This document shows, piece after piece, positions 1 to 12,035 of a DNA stretch of 58,610 bases. The notes beneath the pieces are model-generated. The model searched no databases and was not told the origin of the DNA. It worked only from the letters and a program-made list of their open reading frames with translations. The position numbers were made by a program, and so were the translations under genes. Origin of the DNA: an uncultured Alphaproteobacteria bacterium (lineage in GTDB: Bacteria; Pseudomonadota; Alphaproteobacteria; Rhizobiales; Rhizobiaceae); contig CAKMZB010000003.1 of assembly GCA_929200315.1 (NCBI GenBank), positions 161,596-220,205 on the forward strand, written 5' to 3'. Positions within the stretch are counted from its first letter, which is position 1. The number at the start of each line of letters is the position of its first letter.

Positions 1-988
1 CTTTGGGGGCGCTTAGCGCCCCGAAACTCTTGTCGAAAAAGGCATGCCAGTTGTCGCCCATCACACCGTCTGTCGTGGTGTCATCCAGGCCCACCGCACG
101 TAGACCCGCACGAATGCCTGCGAGATCGCGGTTGTCGTGAAACCAAGTGGGCATAGTGGGGAAACCTGCGTTGTCGGCGGCGCCTTCGCCAAAGTCGATG
201 GCCTTGGTCCAGCGGCCCACGCGCATCCATTCGACAATGCTGTCGGGTTGATCCTGACACAGGTCCGTGCCGATGCCGACCCTTTGCGGCCCCACCAGAT
301 CCACAGCCAGCGCCGCCATATCGCACCAGGATTGTAGCGAGCAGTTGCCGCCGTCCTTCAGGTGGTGGGGATAAGCCGAAAGACCCAGAAACCCACCGCT
401 TTGTCCAAGGGCGCGCAACAGATCGTCGGATTTGTTGCGCAAGGCGTTGTGCCAGCTCGCCGGATTGGCGTGGCTGATGGTGATTGGGCGGCTTGAATGT
501 TCAATTGCCTCAAAAGTCGAACGCTCGCCGGAATGGCTCATGTCGACGACAAGGCCCACGCGGTTCATCTCGGCGACCACTTGACGGCCCATGCGGGTCA
601 GGCCCGTGTCCTCATCTTCATAACAACCCGACGCGAGCAGGGATTGGTTATTGTAGGTCAACTGCATGAACCGCAGACCTAGCGTGTGCAGTACCTCGAC
701 CAGCCCGATATCATCCTCGATGCAGGACGGGTTTTGCGAACCAAAGAAGATCGCCGTGCGCCCCGTTTCGCGGGCGCGGTGTACGTCGTTAGCGGTGCGG
801 CCCTGAAAGATCAGATCGGCGTACTGCTCGAACCAACGGTTCCACTGCTCGATCACCAGTACCGTTTCACGAAACGTCTCGTGGTAGGTTAAGGTGACGT
901 GGACTGCGTCCACGCCCCCTTTGCGCATCTGGCGAAAGACTTTTTCGGACCAATTGGCGTATTGCAAGCCATCAATCAGATAGGTCAT
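1..988 (-). CDS. Membrane dipeptidase (peptidase M19 / renal dipeptidase family). N-terminal ~329 aa are in the window; the C-terminus runs off the window start.
   Basis: Reverse-strand translation from the ATG at 988 gives MTYLIDGLQYANWSEKVFRQMRKGGVDAVHVTLTYHETF...VVDMSHSGERSTFEAIEHSSRPITISHANP, with no stop before position 1. M19 family-like motifs are present. The ORF track omits it because it has no stop inside the window. Its start overlaps the ALDH stop (ATGA). Confidence 0.8.
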   Translation of the reverse strand, partial: MTYLIDGLQYANWSEKVFRQMRKGGVDAVHVTLTYHETFRETVLVIEQWNRWFEQYADLIFQGRTANDVHRARETGRTAIFFGSQNPSCIEDDIGLVEVLHTLGLRFMQLTYNNQSLLASGCYEDEDTGLTRMGRQVVAEMNRVGLVVDMSHSGERSTFEAIEHSSRPITISHANPASWHNALRNKSDDLLRALGQSGGFLGLSAYPHHLKDGGNCSLQSWCDMAALAVDLVGPQRVGIGTDLCQDQPDSIVEWMRVGRWTKAIDFGEGAADNAGFPTMPTWFHDNRDLAGIRAGLRAVGLDDTTTDGVMGDNWHAFFDKSFGALSAPK

Positions 989-2436
989 GCAGGTTCACCC
1001 GCAGAAACATATGCGGTTTTCACAGTGGTGTAGAACTCAGACGCATAGGATCCTTGCTCGCGCGGACCGAAGCTGGATGCGCCGCATCCGCCGAAAGGCA
1101 CGTGATAATCCGTGCCCGCGGTGGGCAAGTTCACCATCACGCAGCCCGCACGCATGTTGGCGCGGAAGTGGCTGGCACGGGCAAGCGAGGTTGTCATGAT
1201 ACCAGCGGTCAAACCGAACTGGGTGTCATTGGCAATGCTCAATGCCTCTTCGTAGCTGTCGGCGCGTTGTACGGCTGTGATCGGGGCGAACATCTCTTCG
1301 CGGTTGATCCGCATGTCGTTGTCTGTGTTCGCAAAGACAGCAGGGGACATGTAGTAGCCCTCGGTCGCCATCTCCAGACGGTCGCCACCACACAGCAGTT
1401 CAGCGCCTTCGCCTTTGCCAATACCCACGTAGTCGAGGTTCTGGTTCAGCTGGCTTTCGCTGACCACGGGGCCAAGTTGTGTGCCTGCTTCATGCGCGTG
1501 ACCGACCTTCAAGGCCTTGGTGGCCGCAACCAGCTTTTCGACAAAGGCATCGTGGACAGCGTTATGAACAATCAGGCGGCTGGCGGCAGTGCATTTCTGA
1601 CCGGTCCCCCCAAAAGCAGAGCCCGCAGCATGCATCACGGCCAAATCAAGATCGGCATCGTCCATGACGATCATCGGGTTCTTGGACCCCATTTCCATTT
1701 GCACCTTGGTCATGTTTTTTGTGGCTGCAGCTGCGATGCCACGACCCACCGGAACGGAACCGGTAAAGCTGATCGCATCTACTTGCGCGCTTTCCACGAG
1801 ACGCTGGCCCACATCGCGGCCCGGGCCTGCGACGAGGTTGAACAGGCCTTTGGGAATGTCCTGACGTGCAATAATCTCGGTCAGGGCAATGGCGCTGGCA
1901 GGGGTGACATTTGCGGGCTTCCAGACGACGGCGTTGCCGAAGGCCAGTGCTGGGGCAATTTTCCAAGCAGGGGTCGCCACCGGGAAATTCCAAGGGCTGA
2001 TAATCGCCACAACACCGAGTGGCTCGCGGCGCACGTCAATCTCGATACCTGGGCGCACGCTTTCGGCCAGATCGCCATGCTGGCGCAGGGTTTCTCCGGC
2101 AAAATAGGTAAAGAACTGCCCGGCGCGATAAACTTCGCCCTTACCTTCTGCAAGCGGCTTACCTTCTTCGCGGGAAAGCATACGCCCAATCTCTTCAGCG
2201 CGCGCCATCATCTCGGTCCCGATTGCCATCAGCACATCGTGACGCTTTTGAATGCCCGCGGCCCACCATGCAGGCTGCGCGCGACGTGCAGCGGCAAGGG
2301 CCGCATCCAACTGGCTCGCATCAGCCTGTGCATACATCCCAATCAAATCCGACGTGTCAGATGGATTGCGATTTTCGACTTGCGTCACCCCATCTGTCCA
2401 TGCCCCATCAATATAGAGCTGCGTAAGATCGGTCAT
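985..2436 (-). CDS. NAD(P)-dependent aldehyde dehydrogenase
   Basis: 487-aa ORF with ALDH family motifs (EMGSKNP, catalytic-Cys motif GQKCTAASR). The ORF track begins at a TTG at 2448; an ATG four codons downstream (2436) sits behind a GGAG RBS and is the likelier start. Confidence 0.9.
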   Translation of the reverse strand: MTDLTQLYIDGAWTDGVTQVENRNPSDTSDLIGMYAQADASQLDAALAAARRAQPAWWAAGIQKRHDVLMAIGTEMMARAEEIGRMLSREEGKPLAEGKGEVYRAGQFFTYFAGETLRQHGDLAESVRPGIEIDVRREPLGVVAIISPWNFPVATPAWKIAPALAFGNAVVWKPANVTPASAIALTEIIARQDIPKGLFNLVAGPGRDVGQRLVESAQVDAISFTGSVPVGRGIAAAATKNMTKVQMEMGSKNPMIVMDDADLDLAVMHAAGSAFGGTGQKCTAASRLIVHNAVHDAFVEKLVAATKALKVGHAHEAGTQLGPVVSESQLNQNLDYVGIGKGEGAELLCGGDRLEMATEGYYMSPAVFANTDNDMRINREEMFAPITAVQRADSYEEALSIANDTQFGLTAGIMTTSLARASHFRANMRAGCVMVNLPTAGTDYHVPFGGCGASSFGPREQGSYASEFYTTVKTAYVSAGEPA

Positions 2437-2526
2437 GGCGGTCTCCAATTTGCTTGACTACGGTCTAGACCGCTGCGACGACTTCAGTCATTCTCAAACA
2501 CTTGAATGTTTCTTCAGAATTTTTGA

Positions 2527-3396
2527 ATGACCATTAAACTCGAAATGCTCAGAGCATTCTCAGTCACGGCAGCGCAGGGTACGCTTGCTGGTGCTGCTGT
2601 GGTCTTGGGTCGGACACCTTCTGCGGTGTCCATGATGTTGGCGCAATTTGAAAGGGAAGTTGGCGGCACCCTATTTGAGACAGATAGAAAGAGCCGCCTG
2701 ACGCCACTGGGTCAGCTTGTTCTGGAAGAAAGTCAGCGTGCCATCGATGTTTTTGACAAAAGTTCTGATGCGATCCGCCGGCACGCGATGTCGACAGCAG
2801 GAATTGTTCGCATCGCGGCGGTGCCATCCGCAACAGTGATCTTGCTGCCAGATGTGATTGAGGCATTTCGCGCCACCCACCCGGACGTGCGAATTGAGAT
2901 CAGCGATGTCGACAGTGCTGCTGTCCGCGCACGTGTTCAACGCGATGCGGCCGACATTGGAATCGTTTCGGCACGGCCTGACTCCCCGTTGGAGGGTGAA
3001 CGTATTCGATCTGACGACCTGGGCATCGTTTGTGCCGAAAACGGGCCCATCCATATGGCGCATCTGGACACCCAAGGCGCATCCGATTGGGGGTTGCTCA
3101 GCCTTGAACCCTTGATCGCAAACCCGCTTTGCGAGCTGGTAGATGACCCAATTGTCAATGATCTGCATTTCTCCAGCACCCTAGAGGCGCGAAATACGAC
3201 AGCCATCCTATCCTTTGTACGGCGCGGGTTAGGAGCCAGTATTTTGCCGTTCGACGCAGTGCGCAATCAGCCCGATGGGGTAGAGTTCTTTGTTCCGGCC
3301 CATGCAGTAAGTCGACGAGAACTGAGGAAAATAAGATATGAAAAGGAAATGCTGCGTGGGCCCATCATAGCGTTTTGGAAACTCTTGGGGCGGTAG
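2527..3396 (+). CDS. LysR-family transcriptional regulator, divergent from the ALDH gene
   Basis: N-terminal HTH of LysR type (LEMLRAFSVTAAQGTLAGAAVVLGRTPSAVSMMLAQFE) followed by a LysR substrate-binding domain. Divergent arrangement with its probable target. Confidence 0.9.
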   Translation: MTIKLEMLRAFSVTAAQGTLAGAAVVLGRTPSAVSMMLAQFEREVGGTLFETDRKSRLTPLGQLVLEESQRAIDVFDKSSDAIRRHAMSTAGIVRIAAVPSATVILLPDVIEAFRATHPDVRIEISDVDSAAVRARVQRDAADIGIVSARPDSPLEGERIRSDDLGIVCAENGPIHMAHLDTQGASDWGLLSLEPLIANPLCELVDDPIVNDLHFSSTLEARNTTAILSFVRRGLGASILPFDAVRNQPDGVEFFVPAHAVSRRELRKIRYEKEMLRGPIIAFWKLLGR

Positions 3397-3873
3397 AAAG
3401 CAAGAGAACAGAACAAGCCTTCGGCGGGTGAAGTCGCCAGATATGTTACACACCTTGTTCACTCAATTTCAGCAAGAACTTGCTGCCAGCGATGTTCATC
3501 AAATTCCTGGAAACAAAATGCATGACGGAACCACTGCTCGAAAGGGCGCTGACCCGCTCCACAACTTGCCCGCAATGCGATGCTTGCTGTTGCATTATGA
3601 ATGCAAAGGCTTTTGCGCTTCATTGAGGGCCTCCGTAGTCTGTTATTTCCTATTCTTGGTTCGCTGCGGCCTTCGTGAATGGCCGGCTTTCAAGCTGCGT
3701 AGCGGCACTGAAGTTTGTGCATGAACAGCGATTTTCGCGCTGCGCGCATGCAGCGAGAAAACCGAATTCACAGTTTGGGCTCAAAGTGAGCATGCCAAAT
3801 TTGGTTGTGATAGCATGCTGAATGTCTGCATAATGCCGACGATGCGATGGCGAGGGACGGTCGGAGAACCGTT

Positions 3874-4489
3874 ATGACCAGCCCAACTTACCTTCCGTCA
3901 TTCCGCCGCGTCGAGCTTGGAACAAGGGCCGTATCATCGGCCAGAAACGTCCACTTCAGCCAAAACATGTTTGGGCAATTCACGTTCGGTTGGAAATCGC
4001 CGAACGAACCCGCGACCTGGCACTGTTCAACATGTCAACATGGTAATCGACAGCAAGCTTCGTGGTTGTGACCTTGTGAGGCTCAAAGTTACGGATGTCT
4101 TTGTGGCTGGTCGTGTGAAGGAGCGAACGTCAATCTTGCAAACCAAAACTGGCCAACCGGTCCAATCTGAAATAGCTGAAGGCACGCGAAAATCGTTGAG
4201 CTCTTGGCTGGGTGATCCAGCGATGGTCGGTTCAGACTTCCTGTGGCCAGGCTGCTTCCATGAACCGGATCACATCTCGACCCGACAGTATGCTCGGCAA
4301 ATAAAGGAGCTCGTTTCTAGCATCGGTCTTGAGCCAAGCGCCTTTGGCACCCTCTCTCTTCGCAGAACCAAGGTTACCCAGATTTATAGAATGACTGGTA
4401 ATCTGAGAGCCGTGCAGTTGCTGCTTGGTCAAACCAAGATGGACAGCAGCCAAGTTCCTCATGCCCATCTCCAAATGGCGAGATGCTGA
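3874..4489 (+). pseudogene. Short (~200 aa) tyrosine recombinase/integrase, split over three frames by two frameshifts
   Basis: Frame A gives MTSPTYLPSF..; the next frame gives ..PPRRAWNKGRIIGQKRPLQPKHVWAIHVRLEIAERTRDLALFN, terminating near 4040; the third frame (ORF 3917..4489) gives VIDSKLRGCDLVRLKVTDV...LSLRRTKVTQIYRMTGNLRAVQLLLGQTKMDSS. Together these match the conserved short tyrosine-recombinase family of Rhizobiales (R...H..LLGH.. catalytic region). It lies in a lower-GC segment 400 nt from tRNA-Ala. Confidence 0.6.
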
Positions 4490-4889
4490 GCAAGCGGGTG
4501 CTTAAGAGACACCACGGCGTGGTTGATTACGCTATGACTGATATAGATTTACCAAGATATCATTCGACCAAAACGGCTTTCCTACCGATGAGATGATGTC
4601 ACGCTCATCCATCCACCTGACAAGTTCGGAGTTCTCGTTCGTCCTCTCTAACATGGGACGCGCATATCCGCGGCAAACGAGTCCTTTGACCAGCATGGCC
4701 GCTCCATAGGCAGCGCGATGGAAACAGCTAATCATCGAATTGCGGAAGCGGATACCAGGCAAAACGCAAGTCTGGTGGAGATGCATCTACGCGAACCGAA
4801 AGACGAGCAACAACGGCGTGCTACTCGGTAACACGCTGATAAAACTTCAAATTCGAAGCCGGTTCTAAAACTTACGGAAATTGGAAAAC

Positions 4890-4965
<76 letters not shown>

Positions 4966-5120
4966 ATCTGTACCGCCTTTGGGGTTGGCGGTTGGGTGGC
5001 GGGAATGCTCCCGCAACGGGCGGCGTCTTAGGCTTTAAGCGCTGTTGGCGCAAGCCTCGTTAGCCCGCAAAATGCGCGCCGGAGGGACCATAATCTCCCT
5101 ATCCGGCGCAGCATCAGCCT

Positions 5121-5579
5121 TTAGCTGTCTTCCTTGTCATCTTTCCCACGAGGAATGATGTCGTCGAGACTGTCGTCGTCCTCATCATCATCCTCCAGGA
5201 ATGGGCCGGACGCTTTGTCATCGTCATCATCGTCATCTTCGATATCGACGTCGGGAATGTCGTCAGGCACATCATCATCGCCGTCCACGGTGTCGCCGTC
5301 ATCGTCGTCGGCGTCTTCAAGCGAAATGATTTCGGGGCTCTCGGTATCGGTATCATCATCCTCGTCCTCGGCCGCCTTCTCCTTGACCGCAGTTTCAGTC
5401 TCTGCGGCCTTGGCTTCGCTTGCGGCTGACTTTGAATTGTCAAAGAAGGACAGCGGATAGGACTTGCCCGTATAGGGCGAGACAATCGGATCGTTGCTGA
5501 GATCGTAGAATTTGCGCCCGGTTTCCGGGCAGGTGCGCTTTTCGCCGAGTTCGGGCTTGGCCAAGGGAAACCTCGTCAA
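5121..5579 (-). CDS. TIGR02300-family (FYDLN_acid) zinc-ribbon protein with a hyperacidic C-terminal tail
   Basis: N-terminus ..AKPELGEKRTCPETGRKFYDLSNDPIVSPYTGKSYP matches the FYDLN motif family; the C-terminal ~70 aa are D/E-rich. The ORF-track start is a TTG; a second TTG (..LAKPEL) may be the true start. It sits in the conserved position upstream of aroA. Confidence 0.8.
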   Translation of the reverse strand: MTRFPLAKPELGEKRTCPETGRKFYDLSNDPIVSPYTGKSYPLSFFDNSKSAASEAKAAETETAVKEKAAEDEDDDTDTESPEIISLEDADDDDGDTVDGDDDVPDDIPDVDIEDDDDDDDKASGPFLEDDDEDDDSLDDIIPRGKDDKEDS

Positions 5580-5720
5580 TCATGGAAGACGCCCGGGAAA
5601 TTCCGGGCGGTGTGGCGGGCGGTCTAGCGAGGCAACGGGGGCCTGTCAAAGGCGTTTGCGCCCCTGCAATGGTTCAATACACGTAATCGAGCCGGATGGC
5701 CTTGTGAGCGGGGTACTTAG

Positions 5721-7564
<1,844 letters not shown>

Positions 7565-7656
7565 CTGCATCAGATGAAATGAGGTGCCGCCGCCTAGGCC
7601 ACGGCTTTCGCCTTTGCTAGGCCTTCCTGACGCAATTTTCAGCGAAAGCAGAAACG

Positions 7657-8568
7657 ATGAGCGACAGCACGTTCTTTGAAGTCCACGACCCAGTCTTTTC
7701 CAGTTACGTGCTCTTCAACGCACCGGTAAAGCGCCTCGCCACAGGCTTTGACTGGGCCGAGGGACCGGTCTGGTTTGGCGATGCGGACTGCTTGCTGTTC
7801 TCCGATATTCCAAACAACCGCATTGTTCGCTGGAGCGTAGAGACCGGCATCTCGACATTCCGCCAGCCCTCCAACTTTGCAAACGGCCACACAAGAGACC
7901 GGCAGGGGCGGCTTATATCCTGCGAACATGGCGGGCGACGGGTCACGCGGACGGAATTTGACGGGACCATCACGGTCCTTGCCGACAGCCATGACGGCAA
8001 GAGACTAAATTCTCCCAATGACGTGGTGGTGAAAGGCGACGGGACCGTCTGGTTCACCGACCCCCACTACGGCATTGGCAGCAACTACGAGGGCCATAAG
8101 GGAGAGCAGGAACAACCCTGCCACGTTTATCGCCTCGACCCGGAAACCAGCGATCTGCGCGCGGTCATCACAAGCTTGGAATGCCCAAACGGGCTTGCCT
8201 TTTCATCGGATGAAAGCCTGCTTTATGTCGCGGATACCGGCACGATGTTTGCCGAAAACCCGACGCAGCATATGCGCTCTTTCGCCGTGAACGCCGATGG
8301 CAGCGTCACGGATAACGGTATTTTCTACACAGTGGATGTCGGTGTCGCCGACGGCTTCCGTCTGGATACAGATGGCAACATCTGGACGTCAGCCGGGGAC
8401 GGGGTGCATTGCATCTCGCCGAGCGGCAGGCTGCTTGGCAAAATTCTGGTGCCGGAAATTGTGTCCAATGTCTGCTTTGGCGGCCGCGACCGGCATCAGC
8501 TCTTCATGACGGGAACAACCTCACTCTACCGCGTCCCGCTCAACTGTGAGGGTCTGGCGACCTTTTAG
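7657..8568 (+). CDS. SMP-30/gluconolactonase/LRE-family lactonase
   Basis: 303 aa; six-bladed propeller SGL family pattern (EGPVW...LLFSDIPNNRI, ..NSPNDVVVKGDGTVWFTDP..). Confidence 0.85.
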   Translation: MSDSTFFEVHDPVFSSYVLFNAPVKRLATGFDWAEGPVWFGDADCLLFSDIPNNRIVRWSVETGISTFRQPSNFANGHTRDRQGRLISCEHGGRRVTRTEFDGTITVLADSHDGKRLNSPNDVVVKGDGTVWFTDPHYGIGSNYEGHKGEQEQPCHVYRLDPETSDLRAVITSLECPNGLAFSSDESLLYVADTGTMFAENPTQHMRSFAVNADGSVTDNGIFYTVDVGVADGFRLDTDGNIWTSAGDGVHCISPSGRLLGKILVPEIVSNVCFGGRDRHQLFMTGTTSLYRVPLNCEGLATF

Positions 8569-8724
8569 GGCAGGATTCAGGCTCTCTCAAAACGGTGATC
8601 AAAAAGATCAGGCTCGGTCTACCGCAAGGGTGTTGATCATGCCTCCCATCCTGCTAGCTTGCCGTCAATTGCTGTGCCGCCCAAGGGGGAGGCACTTTTC
8701 AATTGTGTCTGGGAGGACCACCAA

Positions 8725-9738
8725 ATGAAACGTTCATTCATCACAACTGCGCTCGTCACCACTATGGCTGTCAGCTTCACCGCCGAAGCTCTGGCAGTCG
8801 AGTGGAATGCCTCTGTCTGGGGCAAGCGTCGCGCATTTACCGAGCATGTTGAAAAGCTCGCCGAGCTTGTTAGCGAGAAAACTGGCGGCGATTTCACTAT
8901 CAACATTTCCTATGGTGGCTTGTCGAAAAACCGTGAAAACCTCGATGGCATCTCCATTGGCGCCTTTGAGATGGCTCAGTTTTGCGCCGGCTATCACCGC
9001 GACAAGAATCCCACCATTACCGTTTTGGAACTGCCCTTCCTTGGCGTGACAACGCTGGATCAGGAACGCCGCCTGTCTGAAAAACTCTATCAGCATCCTG
9101 CTGTTCAGAAGGATCTTGCCCGCTGGAACGCATCGCTGCTGATGCCGTCCCCCATGCCCCAATATAATATCGTTGGCGTTGGCAATGCGCCAAGCAAGCT
9201 GGCTGATTTTGACGGCTTTAACGTGCGTGCCACTGGTGGCATCGGCCAGGCCATGAAGGCTGTCGGCGCCGTGCCAACCTCCGTGACCGCCACGGAAGCA
9301 CGACAGGCGCTGGATTCCGGCGTGGTGAAAGGTGTTGCCTTTGCCCCCCATGCCCACATGGCATACGGCACCGTTGAGGGCGGCAAGTGGTGGACCACTA
9401 ACCTGAACCCCGGCACCGTGAACTGCCCGGTCGTCGTGAACACTGATGCTCTGGCTGCTTTGTCTGATGAACATCGCAAGGCTCTCATCTCTTCCGTTGG
9501 CCCGGCGCTCGATCATTATGTTGAGAATTATGAAAACAACACGATGGGCGCCTGGGGTCCGAAATTGAAGGAAAAGGGCATCGCTGAGGTGAGCTTCACC
9601 GATGCCGAGATTGCTGCCTTCCGCGAGAAAGCCGCTGCGCCAATCGCTAAGGCCTGGATCGAAGACAACACTGCTAAGGGTCTTCCGGCTCAGGAGCTTT
9701 ACGATCTGACAGTAAAAACCATCAGTGAAACCAAGTAG
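8725..9738 (+). CDS. TRAP transporter substrate-binding protein (DctP family)
   Basis: The ORF track starts at 8659, but the ATG at 8725 (MKRSFITTALVTTMAVSFTAEALA, a signal peptide preceded by GGGAGG) is the likely start. DctP-family SBP. Confidence 0.88.
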   Translation: MKRSFITTALVTTMAVSFTAEALAVEWNASVWGKRRAFTEHVEKLAELVSEKTGGDFTINISYGGLSKNRENLDGISIGAFEMAQFCAGYHRDKNPTITVLELPFLGVTTLDQERRLSEKLYQHPAVQKDLARWNASLLMPSPMPQYNIVGVGNAPSKLADFDGFNVRATGGIGQAMKAVGAVPTSVTATEARQALDSGVVKGVAFAPHAHMAYGTVEGGKWWTTNLNPGTVNCPVVVNTDALAALSDEHRKALISSVGPALDHYVENYENNTMGAWGPKLKEKGIAEVSFTDAEIAAFREKAAAPIAKAWIEDNTAKGLPAQELYDLTVKTISETK

Positions 9739-9813
9739 GCTGCGATCTTTCGCCAGCCCGGTCGCGGGCATGCGAATATTTGCAGCAGACATGGTCTCCA
9801 TTCCAAACAGTTA

Positions 9814-9856
9814 CAGCTTCACCCCCGGGTTCTGCCCGGGGGTGAAGCTCGTTTTG
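9814..9856 (+). terminator. Strong GC-rich hairpin plus T-tract between the TRAP SBP and permease genes (intra-operon attenuator or terminator)
   Basis: cagcttcacccccggg-ttctg-cccgggggtgaagctc, a 16-bp perfect stem, followed by gtttt. Confidence 0.6.
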
Positions 9857-9872
9857 TAAGCAGGCGAAAGCG

Positions 9873-10508
9873 ATGGCAGGGGCAGCGGCGGTACTGGAAG
9901 ATGGCAGTCGGCTTTCACGGCTGGATCGCGCACTTTTTCGGCTGGAAGGCCGGTTGGCGCTGATTTCCGGTCTGGCTGTTCTCGCCCTCGTCTTGCTCGC
10001 GGTGGTGTCCGTAGGCGGGCGCAATTTTTTCAATCAGCCCCTGTCTGGCTATGTCGACTGGATCGAAATCGCTATGCCGCTGATCGCCTTTACCGGCGTT
10101 GCCTACACGCAGCGCCTGGGTGGTCATATCCGCATGGATATTCTCATCGGGAACTTGCGCAGGCGCTGGCTTTGGGCAGCAGAGTTCCTGACGACACTCA
10201 TTATTTTCATTGTCATGGTCATTCTGGTCTGGGGATCCTTCTCCCATTTCGACCGTTCCTTTGACTTTACGGCGCCACTGTGGAGCCGCGATTCCACCAT
10301 GGACATCGCCATTCCGCTATGGCCGGCAAAGCTGCTGGCTCCGGTCGCCTTTTCCGTTCTTTGTCTGCGTCTTGCGCTGCAATTGTGGGGCTACGGCAAG
10401 GCGTTAATTCTCGGCACCGAAGCTCCGGTCGCCGTGCCGCTGGTAGAAGACGCCGCCGCCCAGGCCGCGCGGGAAGCGGCTACCGTTTCCGGCGCCGACG
10501 ATCGATAG
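9873..10508 (+). CDS. TRAP transporter small permease (DctQ family)
   Basis: 211 aa with four TM helices, typical DctQ topology, immediately upstream of the DctM gene. Confidence 0.85.
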   Translation: MAGAAAVLEDGSRLSRLDRALFRLEGRLALISGLAVLALVLLAVVSVGGRNFFNQPLSGYVDWIEIAMPLIAFTGVAYTQRLGGHIRMDILIGNLRRRWLWAAEFLTTLIIFIVMVILVWGSFSHFDRSFDFTAPLWSRDSTMDIAIPLWPAKLLAPVAFSVLCLRLALQLWGYGKALILGTEAPVAVPLVEDAAAQAAREAATVSGADDR

Positions 10509-10517
10509 GAGACGGAT

Positions 10518-11924
10518 ATGGAACCCATCGATATTGGCATTGTCGTCTCCTTCTTCATGCTGGCCATGGTCATCCTGGGCATGCGTGTGGCCTTTGCTGC
10601 CGCTATGGCCGGGATCGTTGGCCTTGTCTGGATCTTCTGGGCCAAGAAGGGTTACGATCCTGAGCAGTTCAGCTGGGCCATCACTATTGCCGCTAAAACG
10701 GCAGGGCAGGTGCCCCATTCCAAGGTGGCGAGCCAGGCGCTTTCGCTGATCCCGACCTTCATTCTGATCGGCTATCTCGCCTACTATGCGGGACTGACGA
10801 CAGCTCTTTTTGAGGCCGCCAAACGCTGGGTCGGCTGGGTGCCGGGGGGCATGGGGGTCGCGACGGTTTTTGCAACAGCGGGCTTTGCCGCAGTTTCAGG
10901 CGCGTCGGTCGCGACTTCCGCCGTTTTTGCCCGCATCGCGATCCCAGAAATGCTGGCCGTTGGTTACGACAAACGCTTTGCTGCCGGTGTTGTGGCGGCT
11001 GGCGGCACTTTGGCGTCACTTATTCCACCTTCGGCGATTCTTGTGATCTACGCCATTATTGTGGAGCAGGATGTCGGTTTGCTGCTGCTGGCTGGCTTTA
11101 TTCCAGGCGCCGTTTCAGCCCTGATTTATGGCGGCCTTATCATCGGTATGGCGCTGGTCATTAAGAATTTCGGACCACCGATCTCCGGCTTCACCTGGGG
11201 TGAGCGCTTCCGTTCCCTGCCGCCAGCGCTACCGATCTTTGCAGTCATCACGATCATTATTCTCTTCGTTTACAATCCCTTCGGCGGAGACGCCTTTGGC
11301 ACACCGACGGAAGGTGGTGCGATCGGAGCATTCATTGTGCTTTGCATGGCGCTCTACCGCGGTATGCGTTGGGAGCAGCTGAAGTCCGCCCTGTTGGAGA
11401 CGGCAAAACTCTCCGTCATGATTTTCACGATCATCTGGGGCGTCTTGATTTATGTGCGCTTCCTGGGCTTTGCCGACCTTCCCGCTTCCTTTGCCGAGTG
11501 GATTGCCGAGCTCGAACAATCCCCCATGCTCACCCTCGTGATGATCCTCCTCGCCTATGCGGTGCTTGGGATGTTCATGGACGCTATCGGCATGCTGCTG
11601 CTGACGTTACCCGTTGTTTTCCCTGCCGTAATGGCGCTGAACGGCGGGCCATACGTCACCGCCGAAGATGCCGCCTTCGGCATGAACAGCACGATGTGCG
11701 CGATTTGGTTTGGCATTCTGGTGGTGAAAATGGCGGAGTTTTGTTTGATAACTCCACCGATTGGACTGAACTGTTTCGTGGTGGCGGGGGTGCGGCCGGA
11801 CATTTCTGTGCAAGATGTTTTCCGCGGCGTGACGCCGTTCTTCATTGCCGATGCGATCACGATTGCCACGCTGGTCGCGTTCCCGGCCATCGTGCTTTGG
11901 CTTCCCAGCCTAACGATGACGTAG
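10518..11924 (+). CDS. TRAP transporter large permease (DctM family)
   Basis: 468 aa polytopic membrane protein of the DctM family. Confidence 0.9.
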   Translation: MEPIDIGIVVSFFMLAMVILGMRVAFAAAMAGIVGLVWIFWAKKGYDPEQFSWAITIAAKTAGQVPHSKVASQALSLIPTFILIGYLAYYAGLTTALFEAAKRWVGWVPGGMGVATVFATAGFAAVSGASVATSAVFARIAIPEMLAVGYDKRFAAGVVAAGGTLASLIPPSAILVIYAIIVEQDVGLLLLAGFIPGAVSALIYGGLIIGMALVIKNFGPPISGFTWGERFRSLPPALPIFAVITIIILFVYNPFGGDAFGTPTEGGAIGAFIVLCMALYRGMRWEQLKSALLETAKLSVMIFTIIWGVLIYVRFLGFADLPASFAEWIAELEQSPMLTLVMILLAYAVLGMFMDAIGMLLLTLPVVFPAVMALNGGPYVTAEDAAFGMNSTMCAIWFGILVVKMAEFCLITPPIGLNCFVVAGVRPDISVQDVFRGVTPFFIADAITIATLVAFPAIVLWLPSLTMT

Positions 11925-12035
11925 CACGCGCAAATTCGTTCTAACATCACCACGTAATTCGCAATGGCACGCGGTCCGCAGGCTTCTACATAAGGTTAGA
12001 GTGGAACATCGTTCCAAGTCCTGTCGAGAAAAGCC

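Noticed and set aside
3428-3724. 98-aa ORF, and other small ORFs (3229..3462, 4532..4786, a 54-aa minus ORF ~3469-3633), in the low-GC remnant
   Set aside because: No RBS, no recognisable motifs, and odd composition. They lie in decayed island DNA and are most likely non-coding. A toxin/antitoxin or other small cargo cannot be excluded but is unsupported.
5134-5460. 108-aa Ser-rich ORF on the plus strand
   Set aside because: It is antisense to the hyperacidic tail of the TIGR02300 gene. GAT/GAA-rich antisense DNA yields a poly-Ser run; not a real gene.
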